Shown piece after piece: positions 43,909-53,404 of a stretch of DNA of 64,000 nt. The translations under genes were made by a program, and so were the position numbers. The stretch is from an uncultured Bacteroidales bacterium. GTDB lineage: Bacteria > Bacteroidota > Bacteroidia > Bacteroidales > VadinHA17. The stretch covers positions 98,342 to 162,341 of the forward strand of contig CAWFRW010000009.1 in the NCBI GenBank assembly GCA_963818295.1, given 5' to 3'. The notes under the pieces are model-generated. The model ran no database searches, was not told where the DNA came from, and saw only the letters and a program-made list of their open reading frames with translations. Positions within the stretch are counted from its first letter, which is position 1; the number at the start of each line of letters is the position of its first letter.

Positions 43909-44563
43909 ATGGAAAATCTGTCTTTGCGGAATCTGTTTAAAAAAAACTCCATTCTGACAATGGCTGTAATTTTTATACCAGGGATATTATTCATTGCAAT
44001 AATGTTCTGGCTGACAAAGTATAAAAACGATATTGCAATTTGAAGTATTTTCAAGGGATCCGATACAGACACTGAACGGAAAATCATATGTGGGAATATT
44101 GTCCAATCTTGGGGTAATATTCTGGTGTGCAACAGCAGCAGTTCTTTTTTTTGCTTCAAAGATTTCAGCTTTGCAGAAGAGGCCTGCCAGGGAGACCTGA
44201 TTCCTCTTTTCTGGTGGTCTTATAACACTCCTCATGCTTGCTGATGATCTCTTCCTGATACACGATGTTGTCTTTCCTGAATATCTGAATATCGATGAGA
44301 AGGTATTCTTTGTATTCTACGGACTTTCAGCTATAGCTCTTGTAGTATATTTTCGGGAAATAGTACTGACGACGGATTATATTCTTTTGATACTTGCATT
44401 TTGTTCATTCGGACATCTGTGCTTACTGATATCATTGATGCTCTGGGGAATCGATATTACTCAGCTTTATGTATTTGAGGATGGCTTTAAATTTCTGGGG
44501 ATAATAGCCTGGTTTGCATATTTTACAAGGACAAGTTATAAGATTATCAGACCACCAGCATGA
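43909..44563 (+). pseudogene. Hypothetical multi-TM membrane protein, 2 frameshifts
   Basis: MENLSLRNLFKKNSILTMAVIFIPGILFIAIMFW.., then ..YVGILSNLGVIFWCATAAVLFFA.., then ORF 44234..44563. All pieces are hydrophobic. No family recognised. Confidence 0.4.
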
Positions 44564-44604
44564 GCTGGCCCCTGAGCCCCTGCATTTTTAGAAGAAGAGG
44601 TCTG

Positions 44605-44627
44605 AGGAATAATAAATTCCTGTTTTT
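44605..44627 (+). terminator. Candidate rho-independent terminator
   Basis: AGGAAT (44605-10) pairs with ATTCCT (44616-21) across a 5-nt loop, followed by GTTTTT. Confidence 0.4.
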
Positions 44628-44660
44628 CTAAAATATTGTGTATAACTAAATAATTAGTTA

Positions 44661-44668
44661 TATCTTTG
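44661..44668 (+). promoter_or_regulatory. Candidate -7 box (TATCTTTG)
   Basis: It matches TAnnTTTG and lies about 70 nt upstream of the ATG at 44739. Confidence 0.3.
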
Positions 44669-44738
44669 TATTGAATTGCAAAAATCATAAGGGAGTCTGA
44701 AAGTACTTAATTATGGTTAATTTTAATACATATAGTCT

Positions 44739-46014
44739 ATGAAATCGAAATTACTTGTCTTCTGCTGATTGTTCTGTACTCACTCCCCTGGCAGCCCAGA
44801 ATAAATCAGCTACTTCAGGAATTGATTTGATGCTTATGCAGGGAGATTATTATAAGGCAATTGATACCTGTAAGCAGATTCTTGTAAATGACAGTCTTAA
44901 TCCTGAGATTCATTATAGGCTGGGAATAGCATATCAGAACACGCTGGATGATGACCTGTCGCTAAAATATTTTTATAATGCTGCAGACTAAGCCCCGGGA
45001 ACAGAATATATGATTTCACTCTTGCAAAAGCATACTATGGGCGGGATATAATTCAGCCAGGCTGAACCTGTATTTAAGAGGCTTTATGAAGCAGACTCCA
45101 CGAATTGGCTATACGCGTATTATCTGACCGGTATATACATGCAGTCAAACAGATATGATGAAGCTATAGATATCTACGGGAAAGGTTTCTGATCAGGGAT
45201 TCATTAAATACGCTGTATATCGATAAAATTGCATTCGCACATTTAAAAAAAGAAAACTTCAGTTATGCTACTGAGTTGTATAACAAATCTTTATCAATAA
45301 ATGAGAAGAATCTGACAGCGCTAAAGAATTTAGCTTATCTCTATTCTCTGGCCGTGAGATCTGATACATCCATCCAGCTTCTTGACCAGAGCAATCGCGA
45401 TTGATTCTACGGATATAGATCTTTATATCAGGAGGGCTGCATTGTACTATTCAAAACATTATACAAAAAGAGCGCTTGATGATTATCTGGTAGTCCTGGC
45501 TTCGGGTGATTCTTCAAAATTATATCTCAAAAGAATCGGCATAGGTTATTGCAATAATCTTCAGCCTGAGGAGGGAATCAGGTATCTTTTAAAGGCATAC
45601 AGGAAGGATTCATCTGACTATGAGACCTGCAGTTATCTAGGTCAGTCCTATTATAATCTGAAGGATATGAAAAAGAGCATTTATTATTATGACAAGGTTA
45701 TAAGCATTCTTACACCGGTAAGTAAACAACTTGGATTGACTTACATTTTATATGCAGAATCACAGAAAGGCGGTGGGATGTACAAAGAAGCAGTTAAGAG
45801 TTATCTGAAGTCGCTGGATCTCAAGCCCGATCCCAATATTTATATGATAGTAGGCAATATCTGTGATGAAAAATTAAACGACAGGGGGAATGCAATTTAT
45901 TATTATCAGAAATTTCTCGATAATTTAAATGATTCGAGGATGACCTTCACCCGTGAATATCTGGATACTGTCAGGGAACGTCTTGAATACCTCAAAGCTA
46001 ATCCAGGTTATTAG
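44739..46014 (+). pseudogene. TPR-repeat secreted protein, at least 4 frameshifts
   Basis: The signal peptide is spread over three frames within 50 nt (MKSKLLV / LLLIVLYSL / PLAAQNK). TPR units are in ORF 44755..44991, the middle pieces and ORF 45382..46014 (..YYDKVISIL.., ..AIYYYQKFLDNL..). Confidence 0.7.
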
Positions 46015-46063
46015 TTAGACACCGGTCTGTCATGGAAAGCACTCCTATTTATAAGTTCAACAA

Positions 46064-47122
46064 TTATTTAGACCGGAGGTACTGAACAGGCCAGGTTATA
46101 TCTGCACCGAGTTCACGTGCTGCGGTTAACGGGAAATAGGGGTTTCTCAGTAACTCCCTTGCCAGAAATACAAGATCGGCCATTTCTTCATGAAGTATTG
46201 ACTCTGCCTGTCCGGCAGCAGTGATATAACCTACAGCTCCTGTAAGAATTCCAGTTTTTCGGACTGCTCCGGCGAAGGGAACCTGATACCCGGGACTGAC
46301 TGGTATTTTAGCATTGAATACATTGCCGCCGGAAGAACAATCAATCAGGTCAACACCCATCTCTTTCAGGAGTGATGCAAGTTTTATGCTGTCTTCCAGT
46401 GTCCATCCTCCATCAGTCCAGTCAGTTGCTGAGATCCTTACAAAAACAGGATTTTCAGCCGGCCAGACTGACATTACAGCCTCTGTAACTTCCCTTAACA
46501 GGCGTATACGGTTCTCAAATGAGCCTCCATACTCATCAGAACGTTTATTGCTGAGGGGAGACAGAAATTCATTCAGGAGGTATCCATGTGCGCTATGAAT
46601 TTCAACAATGTCGAAACCTGCATCCACAGCTCGTCTCGCAGCAGCTTTAAAATCGGAAACCACCTTTCTGATGCCATTCCTGTCAAGGACTGAAGGAGCC
46701 CTGTCTCCAGAGAGAAATGGTATTTCTGACGGTCCAACAGTTTGCCATCCGCCTTGCTTTTCATCCAGCTGTTTTCCTCCGTTCCAGGGCACGGCACACG
46801 AAGCTTTTCTTCCTGCATGGGCGAGTTGTATTCCGGCAACCGCTCCCTGCTGATGAATAAAGCTTACAATCTGTCTTAAACCGTTTATATGTTCATCTTT
46901 CCAGATTCCAAGGTCGCTCGGAGAGATCCTTCCCTCTGGAGAAACAGATGTTGCTTCTGTAATTATTAGTCCCGTACCTCCTGCAGCCCTGCTGCCAAGA
47001 TGTACATGGTGCCATTCATTTGTGAACCCGTCAGTTGCAGAATACTGGCACATGGGTGACATTACTATCCTGTTTTTCAGGGTGATATCCTTTATTGTAA
47101 GAGGTGTGAACAGCTTTGCCAT
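46064..47122 (-). CDS. NADPH-dependent FMN oxidoreductase, Old Yellow Enzyme family (YqjM/NamA type)
   Basis: Intact 352 aa ORF. Motifs: NRIVMSPMCQY, VEIHSAHGYLLNEFLSPLSNKRSDEYGGSFENR. Confidence 0.92.
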   Translation of the reverse strand: MAKLFTPLTIKDITLKNRIVMSPMCQYSATDGFTNEWHHVHLGSRAAGGTGLIITEATSVSPEGRISPSDLGIWKDEHINGLRQIVSFIHQQGAVAGIQLAHAGRKASCAVPWNGGKQLDEKQGGWQTVGPSEIPFLSGDRAPSVLDRNGIRKVVSDFKAAARRAVDAGFDIVEIHSAHGYLLNEFLSPLSNKRSDEYGGSFENRIRLLREVTEAVMSVWPAENPVFVRISATDWTDGGWTLEDSIKLASLLKEMGVDLIDCSSGGNVFNAKIPVSPGYQVPFAGAVRKTGILTGAVGYITAAGQAESILHEEMADLVFLARELLRNPYFPLTAARELGADITWPVQYLRSK

Positions 47123-47155
47123 AATTAGAAATTTTTATATTATGATAAAAGTTCC

Positions 47156-47163
47156 CAAAGTTA
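47156..47163 (-). promoter_or_regulatory. Candidate -7 box for the OYE gene
   Basis: The plus strand reads CAAAGTTA, which is TAACTTTG on the minus strand, 34 nt upstream of the start at 47122. Confidence 0.35.
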
Positions 47164-47345
47164 AGGTTTAAAACGGTTTAATATCTTTTAAGTATAGTAC
47201 TCCCTGAATCGGCCTAAAGAAGATAATTGATTAACAAAAGATTAATCTATTGGTTATCTCTTTATAAGCAGGGATATTGAAAATTATTTTATTGAGATGT
47301 CCATAACAGGACAATTTTTTTAACATTTGCAGAAATTTTAATATA

Positions 47346-49853
47346 ATGAAACAGACATTTTTCGTTTTGCTTTTCTTTTTGTTAACAGCAGCTTCACAGG
47401 TTCAGGGACAGACAAATACCCTGCATGGTAAAATACTCGATAAAGCTAATAATATACTACCGGGAGCAAGCGTAATAATTGTTGACACAAAATACGGGGT
47501 TAATTCAAACGAAGCTGGAGAGTATCTTTTTGACAAGCTTCCTGAAGGTAATCTGAAAGTACAGGTTTCCTTTGTTGGTTATAAGACACAAACTACTGAA
47601 TATGAGGTTAAATCAGGCCAGAATTTGCTTGATGTGACCCTTGAAAACAGTGATATTTACCTGGAAGGCATTACAGTAACCTCACAAAAAAGGGAACAGC
47701 AGATTGCAGATGTTCCGATTACAATGAGTGTAATAGATGCGGGATTTATTGAAGACAACAACATTGACGAACTCGATAAACTGGCAGTCTTTGTTCCCGG
47801 TCTGCAGATCAGGATGCAGGGCACTGACCGTCCGAGTTTTGTAATCCGTGGATTAACAAGTGATGAGGTGAGCCCTGCTGCACAACCAAGGATTTCAGTA
47901 TTCTATAATAATGTTCCGATAAGCCGTGCGAACGGAGCAGCCGTTGAACTTTTTGATATGCAGCAGGTTGATGTCCTGAAAGGTCCTCAGGGAACCCTTT
48001 TTGGAAGAGGCGCCGAGATTGGGGCGATCAATTATGTCAGCAGGAAGCCCTCAGAGGATTTCAGCGGATATGTTACAGCAGGATTAGGAAATTATAATCA
48101 GAAAGAGTTAACAGGTGCCATGAATATCCCGTTAATAAAGGACAAATTATTGATTCGGGCAGCTGCGATTTACGATTACAGGGATGGCTATATAGAGAAC
48201 ACTTTTGGAGGTAAATTAAACGGAAGGAACACTGTAGCTGGCAGACTTTCAGCGAGCTATCTCCCAGCCCTGCACAACAAAATCGACCTTGTGCTTAACT
48301 ATCAGAAAGATGATAATCCAGGCCTTGGATTTATGAGCATGAATTATCCAAACACAAATAGCAGCACTGATCCTTTTGGCTATACCTCATCACTTGAACA
48401 GGGAAAAAACCTTGCAAACCAGAGGGATATTTTTGATGCGACATTAACGATGAAACATTCATTTAATTCAAATAACTACCTCACATCGATAAGCTCTTTC
48501 AGGAAAATTGACAGTTATACCCGCTGGGATGGAGACGGAACAGCGGCAGCAGCAATTGATATGAGCGAAGATGATGGCGCCAGCCAGTTTTTTCAGGAGC
48601 TGAGATATAACTATACAATAGAAAATAAGCTGAATGGCAGCATAGGTGTGAGTTACTGGACAGAAAAAGCAAGCCAGAATTACTGGTTCTCTCCAAATGA
48701 ACAGGATATGTTCCATTTGTTCTTCAATACCGGTGGTCTGGTCACTCCTGATGGCCAGCCAAATCCTGTAACAAACCTTCCAAACGACCCTCTGCTGGGC
48801 TCTCTGGCAGGGCTTCCTCTTGTAACCGATCATCAGGAAGAGAACAATAATGATGCTGCAAATCAGGCTCTTGAAGGCTATGCTGATGCCAATTATCAAA
48901 TAACCAATAAATTAAGTATTACAGCAGGAGTGCGGATTATTAATGACTGGATAAGCCTGACTAATAGTGCAAAAATGACGGGTGGTGAACCCTCAACACT
49001 CGGCTTTCTGACGGGTAACTACCCCAACCTGTTTTTTAAACCTGTTGAGGAGCAGGAGATCAGCACATCGACTCTTGCATTTACATATCGTGCCGGTCTG
49101 AAATATTCCCCCTATGAGAATGCCACACTTTTTGCCAATTATTCTAATGGCAGACGTCCGAAAGTTCTTCAGTTTACCTCAGCAGGAGAGGAACAGATAC
49201 TCGATGCCGAAATCGTCAACAGCTTCGACCTTGGATTCAAAACAGCCATACATCAGAATTTCTGGTTTGATCTTGGCCTTTTTTACCATGATTATCTGAA
49301 TTTTCAAACCTCCGCCTGGGTAGCTGATCCAGGTTCCGGGGAATTCAATTATATTATTAAAGACGGTGGAAAGGCATCGGCTTACGGCGCTGAGGCGAGT
49401 GTGAAATATTCAATTTTGAAGGGCCTGCAGATTTTTGGAAATTATGCATATATCCATGCCAGGTTTGCTGAAAATGATGTTGACGGAAACGATCAGAATT
49501 ATGCCAACAATATGTTCAGGCTCACTCCGGAGAATAGTTTTGCCATTGGAATTAACGGGAGGGTTGGAGTCGGCCGGCAGATATCTCTGTTTGCAACGCC
49601 CTCATATTCATACCAGACAAAAATATTTTTTGAGGATGCCAATACTCCCGGACTGGAACAGGCTGCATACGGACTGTTAAATCTGAGAACAGGGGTTGAA
49701 TATAAAAAAGTTACACTTGCTTTTTTTGTGAACAACCTGCTTGAAGAAAAATATATTGTAAGTGCCGGAAATACAGGCAGCTTATTCGGCGATCCCACTC
49801 AGATTCCAGGCATTCCAAGGATGTTCGGCACACAGCTTAGCTGGAAATTTTAA
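47346..49853 (+). CDS. TonB-dependent receptor with carboxypeptidase-regulatory-like N-domain
   Basis: Intact 835 aa ORF. It has a signal peptide, HGKILDKANNILPGASVII.. (CarbopepD_reg-like), a plug (SFVIRGLTS.., VDVLKGPQGTLFGRGA) and a barrel ending ..FGTQLSWKF. Confidence 0.92.
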   Translation: MKQTFFVLLFFLLTAASQVQGQTNTLHGKILDKANNILPGASVIIVDTKYGVNSNEAGEYLFDKLPEGNLKVQVSFVGYKTQTTEYEVKSGQNLLDVTLENSDIYLEGITVTSQKREQQIADVPITMSVIDAGFIEDNNIDELDKLAVFVPGLQIRMQGTDRPSFVIRGLTSDEVSPAAQPRISVFYNNVPISRANGAAVELFDMQQVDVLKGPQGTLFGRGAEIGAINYVSRKPSEDFSGYVTAGLGNYNQKELTGAMNIPLIKDKLLIRAAAIYDYRDGYIENTFGGKLNGRNTVAGRLSASYLPALHNKIDLVLNYQKDDNPGLGFMSMNYPNTNSSTDPFGYTSSLEQGKNLANQRDIFDATLTMKHSFNSNNYLTSISSFRKIDSYTRWDGDGTAAAAIDMSEDDGASQFFQELRYNYTIENKLNGSIGVSYWTEKASQNYWFSPNEQDMFHLFFNTGGLVTPDGQPNPVTNLPNDPLLGSLAGLPLVTDHQEENNNDAANQALEGYADANYQITNKLSITAGVRIINDWISLTNSAKMTGGEPSTLGFLTGNYPNLFFKPVEEQEISTSTLAFTYRAGLKYSPYENATLFANYSNGRRPKVLQFTSAGEEQILDAEIVNSFDLGFKTAIHQNFWFDLGLFYHDYLNFQTSAWVADPGSGEFNYIIKDGGKASAYGAEASVKYSILKGLQIFGNYAYIHARFAENDVDGNDQNYANNMFRLTPENSFAIGINGRVGVGRQISLFATPSYSYQTKIFFEDANTPGLEQAAYGLLNLRTGVEYKKVTLAFFVNNLLEEKYIVSAGNTGSLFGDPTQIPGIPRMFGTQLSWKF

Positions 49854-50006
49854 AATGCCTCAGGGAAAAGTCATTTTTTTTAAGTCAGGTCCTGATTTCT
49901 TTCAAACATTAATATGGATTATTCAGAAATTTGTAACTTGATTGATGAATAGTGATTAATTTCTCATCAACGGTATTTCGTATAATTTCTAAAAAAAATT
50001 AAAGTC

Positions 50007-50345
50007 ATGGAAAAGCTCATTTCCTGTTGCGGATTAAATTGTGCCACGTGTGATGCAAGGATTGCCACCATCAGTAATGATGATGAACTCCGGAAAGCCA
50101 CCGCTGAAAAATGGAGTGCTGCCTTTAATGCTCCAAACCTCTCATATGAAATGATAAACTGTACAGGATGCAGGGAAGAGGGTGTCAAGTTTAGCCATTG
50201 CGCCGAGTGTGAAATAAGAAATTGTGTAAAGACAAAAGGATTTAAGACATGCGGGGATTGCGGGGATATGGATTCGTGTTCCATTGTGGCAGGGGTGCAT
50301 AAATATGTACCCGAAGCAATTACAAATTTACGGAGCCTGAATTAG
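50007..50345 (+). CDS. Cys-rich DUF3795-like protein
   Basis: 112 aa with the clusters CCGLNCATCDARI, CTGCREEG, HCAECEIRNC and CGDCGDMDSC. Family name is from memory. Confidence 0.65.
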   Translation: MEKLISCCGLNCATCDARIATISNDDELRKATAEKWSAAFNAPNLSYEMINCTGCREEGVKFSHCAECEIRNCVKTKGFKTCGDCGDMDSCSIVAGVHKYVPEAITNLRSLN

Positions 50346-50469
50346 TCTGGCATTGCAGGTACATTTATCAATTCAATTTCGTCTTTGATCAAAAATAGCT
50401 TTTGTCTTAAAAATGAATTAGGTAGATTTAAGGTAATAATCTGAATTTGTTTTCAAATCTGTTATTACC

Positions 50470-51330
50470 ATGAAAAAATCACTCCTGCCTTTCATTTTCA
50501 TTGCTTGTACTCTGACTGCTGTAAAGGCTCAGGATGTCCCGGCTCCGTCTCCCGCTGATAGCATAAAGACTCAGGATGTATTGCCTGTGGTGCCTGCTGA
50601 TACTTTAATAGCGCAGGAGGCCGGATTGTCTGCTTCCTCTGATGCCTCAGGGATCCGGAAGAATTTAATTAAGTTCAATATTACTTCTGCTTTGATAAAA
50701 AACTTCTCTCTACAGTATGAAAGGATCCTTAACAGAACTGTGTCAGCCGCTTTAGCAATAAGGATAATGCCGGAAACAGGCATTCCCTATGCCGACGATA
50801 TCATAAGATGGTACGATATAACTGATCCTGACGCACAAAATATTATTAATAATACTCTCATAGCGAACTACGCTATCACACCCGAGATCAGATTTTATAC
50901 AGGGAAAAAGAGATATGGGAATGGCTTTTATTTCGCACTGTTTTACAGGTACGGACATTACACTTTCGATAACGCTCTGATACCTTATGATACAGATGCC
51001 GGAGATCAGGTCATTCTGAGTTCCTCAGGCAATGTGTCATCACATACGGGCGGATTCATGCTGGGAGCGCAATGGACACTGGGTAAGCGGATATGTTTGG
51101 ATTGGTGGATACTCGGGCCGCACTTCGGTGTAAGTTCAGGTGTCTACAACAGTTTGCCCTCTGCTCCTCTGTCCGAAACAGACCAGCAAAATATAGCGGA
51201 TGATCTGAATAATATCGATATTCCAATGTTTAAACAGACTGTAAATGTTACAGCTGATAAGGTAAATATGATCTTTGACGGACCATGGGGAGGTATAAGA
51301 GCCGGATTGTCGCTGGGAGTAAAATTCTGA
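50470..51330 (+). CDS. Putative outer-membrane beta-barrel protein
   Basis: 286 aa with the signal MKKSLLPFIFIACTLTAVKAQ, alternating amphipathic strands and a C-terminal ..GLSLGVKF. Confidence 0.5.
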   Translation: MKKSLLPFIFIACTLTAVKAQDVPAPSPADSIKTQDVLPVVPADTLIAQEAGLSASSDASGIRKNLIKFNITSALIKNFSLQYERILNRTVSAALAIRIMPETGIPYADDIIRWYDITDPDAQNIINNTLIANYAITPEIRFYTGKKRYGNGFYFALFYRYGHYTFDNALIPYDTDAGDQVILSSSGNVSSHTGGFMLGAQWTLGKRICLDWWILGPHFGVSSGVYNSLPSAPLSETDQQNIADDLNNIDIPMFKQTVNVTADKVNMIFDGPWGGIRAGLSLGVKF

Positions 51331-51750
51331 TCATTATCTTCCCGGGAGCTGGTTTTTCCTGTTTAAAGTTTATGTTGTCGGATCAGTGTTTCATTAAAGG
51401 TTTTCTGAACAAGGTCTTTCGCATCGTCTTTTTCAGAAGTCAGACTAAAAGCGAATCTCATGAGACATTCTTTCAGCTTCCGGTCTGATTTTGTCTGGTG
51501 TCCATGAAATGTCCTTCAAAATTTTATTCCGTTGTAAATTAACTTCCTAATATTGAACCAGTGTTTGATAACCTTTCCTTTCCTTTTTTTGATCCCTGTA
51601 GAGCAGCAAATTGTACAATGCTGGCCATAATTCTGAAATTATTGGCGATCTGATCAGAGTACTAATATCAGACATGAAAGTGGAAGCCGAATCCACTAAA
51701 AAAAACGGGGATCTCAAAATTCTTTTATTATAAAATCTAATACTAACCAC

Positions 51751-53070
51751 ATGGAAAAGTTATTGATCATTTTAAAGTCATTTATTTTGGTGATGTTTTT
51801 AAGTCTCTTCATTTCGTGTAATAAATCGGATCCGGATCCTGTTATAAATCCTTTCTCCGATGGCACTTCTGAAAGAACAATGATTGTTGTAATGAGTGAC
51901 ATGCATCTTGGTGCCGACCTCGAGTATGCCGAATGTAAAGATAATCGGGCACCTCTCGAGAATCTGCTCAATCAGATAAGGGTGAGTCAGAATGTCAAGG
52001 AGCTTGTTATTGCGGGTGACCTGATAGATGAATGGTATGTTCCGGCGAATATTGATACTTATGCCGGTCTGGCTCAGAGCGATTTTGTACAGCGTCTTGC
52101 CCTGACAAACAAAGGTGTGTTTGATGCCTTCAACCATATAATCCAGGATGGTCTCATTAAAGTTACCTATCTGCCGGGGAATCATGATCTGGCTATCACC
52201 TCACAGAACGTAGACCTCATTCTTCCTGGCATTAACCAGGCGCGTGACCTGCAGCAGGGTTTGGGTACATACACTCCTGATGATTTATCCATTCTTGCCA
52301 TTGAACATGGTCACAGGTACAATTTTGCATGTGCTCCGGACCCTATTTCAAATGTAAATATTGCTACGGGTTCAATAATGCCTCCGGGATATTTTTTCAC
52401 AAGAATAGCTGCACTTTCTGTAAAACAGGGTTGCAAAAAAGCCGGAGGCGCTATGCCGGTAGTAACACCCAATGTCCCGGGTAATGAAAGCCAGACTTTG
52501 GCATTCGAGTACTATCAGGGCTGGGTAAGTTTAATGTCTCTTTTTCCAATTGAAAGCAAATTTGATGAAAAAGTCATTGTTACAAATATCAACGGATTCA
52601 CTGAGAACTATTCAATTGATGATGTAATGCCATATCAGATGACACCAGGAGGATTCATAGATATGAATCTTTTTAAAGGAATACAGGATAGTTGGGATCA
52701 GCGTGAAGATGCGAATAATGTTGCAGTCAAATTTCCTGCAGCTCAGGCGATTGCAGATCAGGATGACAATAACAAGACAGATGATCAGGCAAAGACACAG
52801 TACTTTTTGAATCCTGAATCTGAGAAGAGGATTGTTGTTTTCGGGCATACTCACGTTCCGACAATTATCGTCTCAGAGAATTATCAGGGACTAAAATCAA
52901 TTTATGCAAACTCAGGTACATGGGTTGACCATAATAATAAGCTTACAACAATGAATTTTGTAGTCATTAAGCCTCAGAATGCTGATCCAAATTCTCAGAC
53001 ACATGTTAATCTTTATTACTATAAGAATTATGCAGTAAAGCAAATGGATGCCGACTCACTCCGTTACTAA
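51751..53070 (+). CDS. Calcineurin-like metallophosphoesterase lipoprotein
   Basis: Lipobox LSLFISCNK. Phosphoesterase motifs are in order: VVMSDMHLG, IAGDLIDEW, LPGNHD, EHGHRY, VFGHTHVP. Confidence 0.85.
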   Translation: MEKLLIILKSFILVMFLSLFISCNKSDPDPVINPFSDGTSERTMIVVMSDMHLGADLEYAECKDNRAPLENLLNQIRVSQNVKELVIAGDLIDEWYVPANIDTYAGLAQSDFVQRLALTNKGVFDAFNHIIQDGLIKVTYLPGNHDLAITSQNVDLILPGINQARDLQQGLGTYTPDDLSILAIEHGHRYNFACAPDPISNVNIATGSIMPPGYFFTRIAALSVKQGCKKAGGAMPVVTPNVPGNESQTLAFEYYQGWVSLMSLFPIESKFDEKVIVTNINGFTENYSIDDVMPYQMTPGGFIDMNLFKGIQDSWDQREDANNVAVKFPAAQAIADQDDNNKTDDQAKTQYFLNPESEKRIVVFGHTHVPTIIVSENYQGLKSIYANSGTWVDHNNKLTTMNFVVIKPQNADPNSQTHVNLYYYKNYAVKQMDADSLRY

Positions 53071-53117
53071 GAGAATGGGCTGAAATTTACTACTGTATTA
53101 GTTAATGTGAATGCAGG

Positions 53118-53196
53118 AAGGGATGTTACAGATTGATATGTCATGCAGGCCGGGAGAAGTATCGGCATGATATCTGTAGCATCCTTTCTTTTTTAT
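53118..53196 (+). terminator. Unusually long two-tier hairpin plus T-tract after the phosphoesterase gene
   Basis: The outer stem AAGGGATGTTACAGAT (53118-33) pairs with ATCTGTAGCATCCTTT (53172-87): 16 bp with 2 G-U pairs. The inner stem is GATATGTCATGC with GCATGATATC. The tract CTTTTTTATT follows. Confidence 0.55.
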
Positions 53197-53404
53197 TCCC
53201 CTTATCGGCGATTCGTAAAATGTTTTTACGATAATTTGTAAAATATATTTACACCTCTTAGCTGTCAGAATATTCAGTCAGCTGAAGGTCACCTATATAC
53301 ATTTATGGCATAATTATGGCATGAAAATTATTACCAGGGTGTCCTGATTGTATTTTCAGACTATTCCTGGATTTATAAACCATGAATTATCCATAAAATA
53401 GTAA

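Noticed and set aside
44568-44582. GCCCCTG-a-GCCCCTG direct repeat just after the membrane-protein stop, as another member of the heptamer-array family
   Set aside because: There are only two units, the spacing is 8 nt and there is no dyad partner. This is insufficient. It is noted only in case a genome-wide scan shows more copies.
51363-51750. Possible relic of an ECF sigma factor on the minus strand
   Set aside because: One 30-codon piece reads ..MRFAFSLTSEKDDAKDLVQKTFNETLIRQHKL, which resembles sigma-70 region 2.1-2.2 (..DAEDLVQETF..). There is no region 4, the frame is broken, and the rest would have to overlap the OMP gene. This is too little evidence for a feature.
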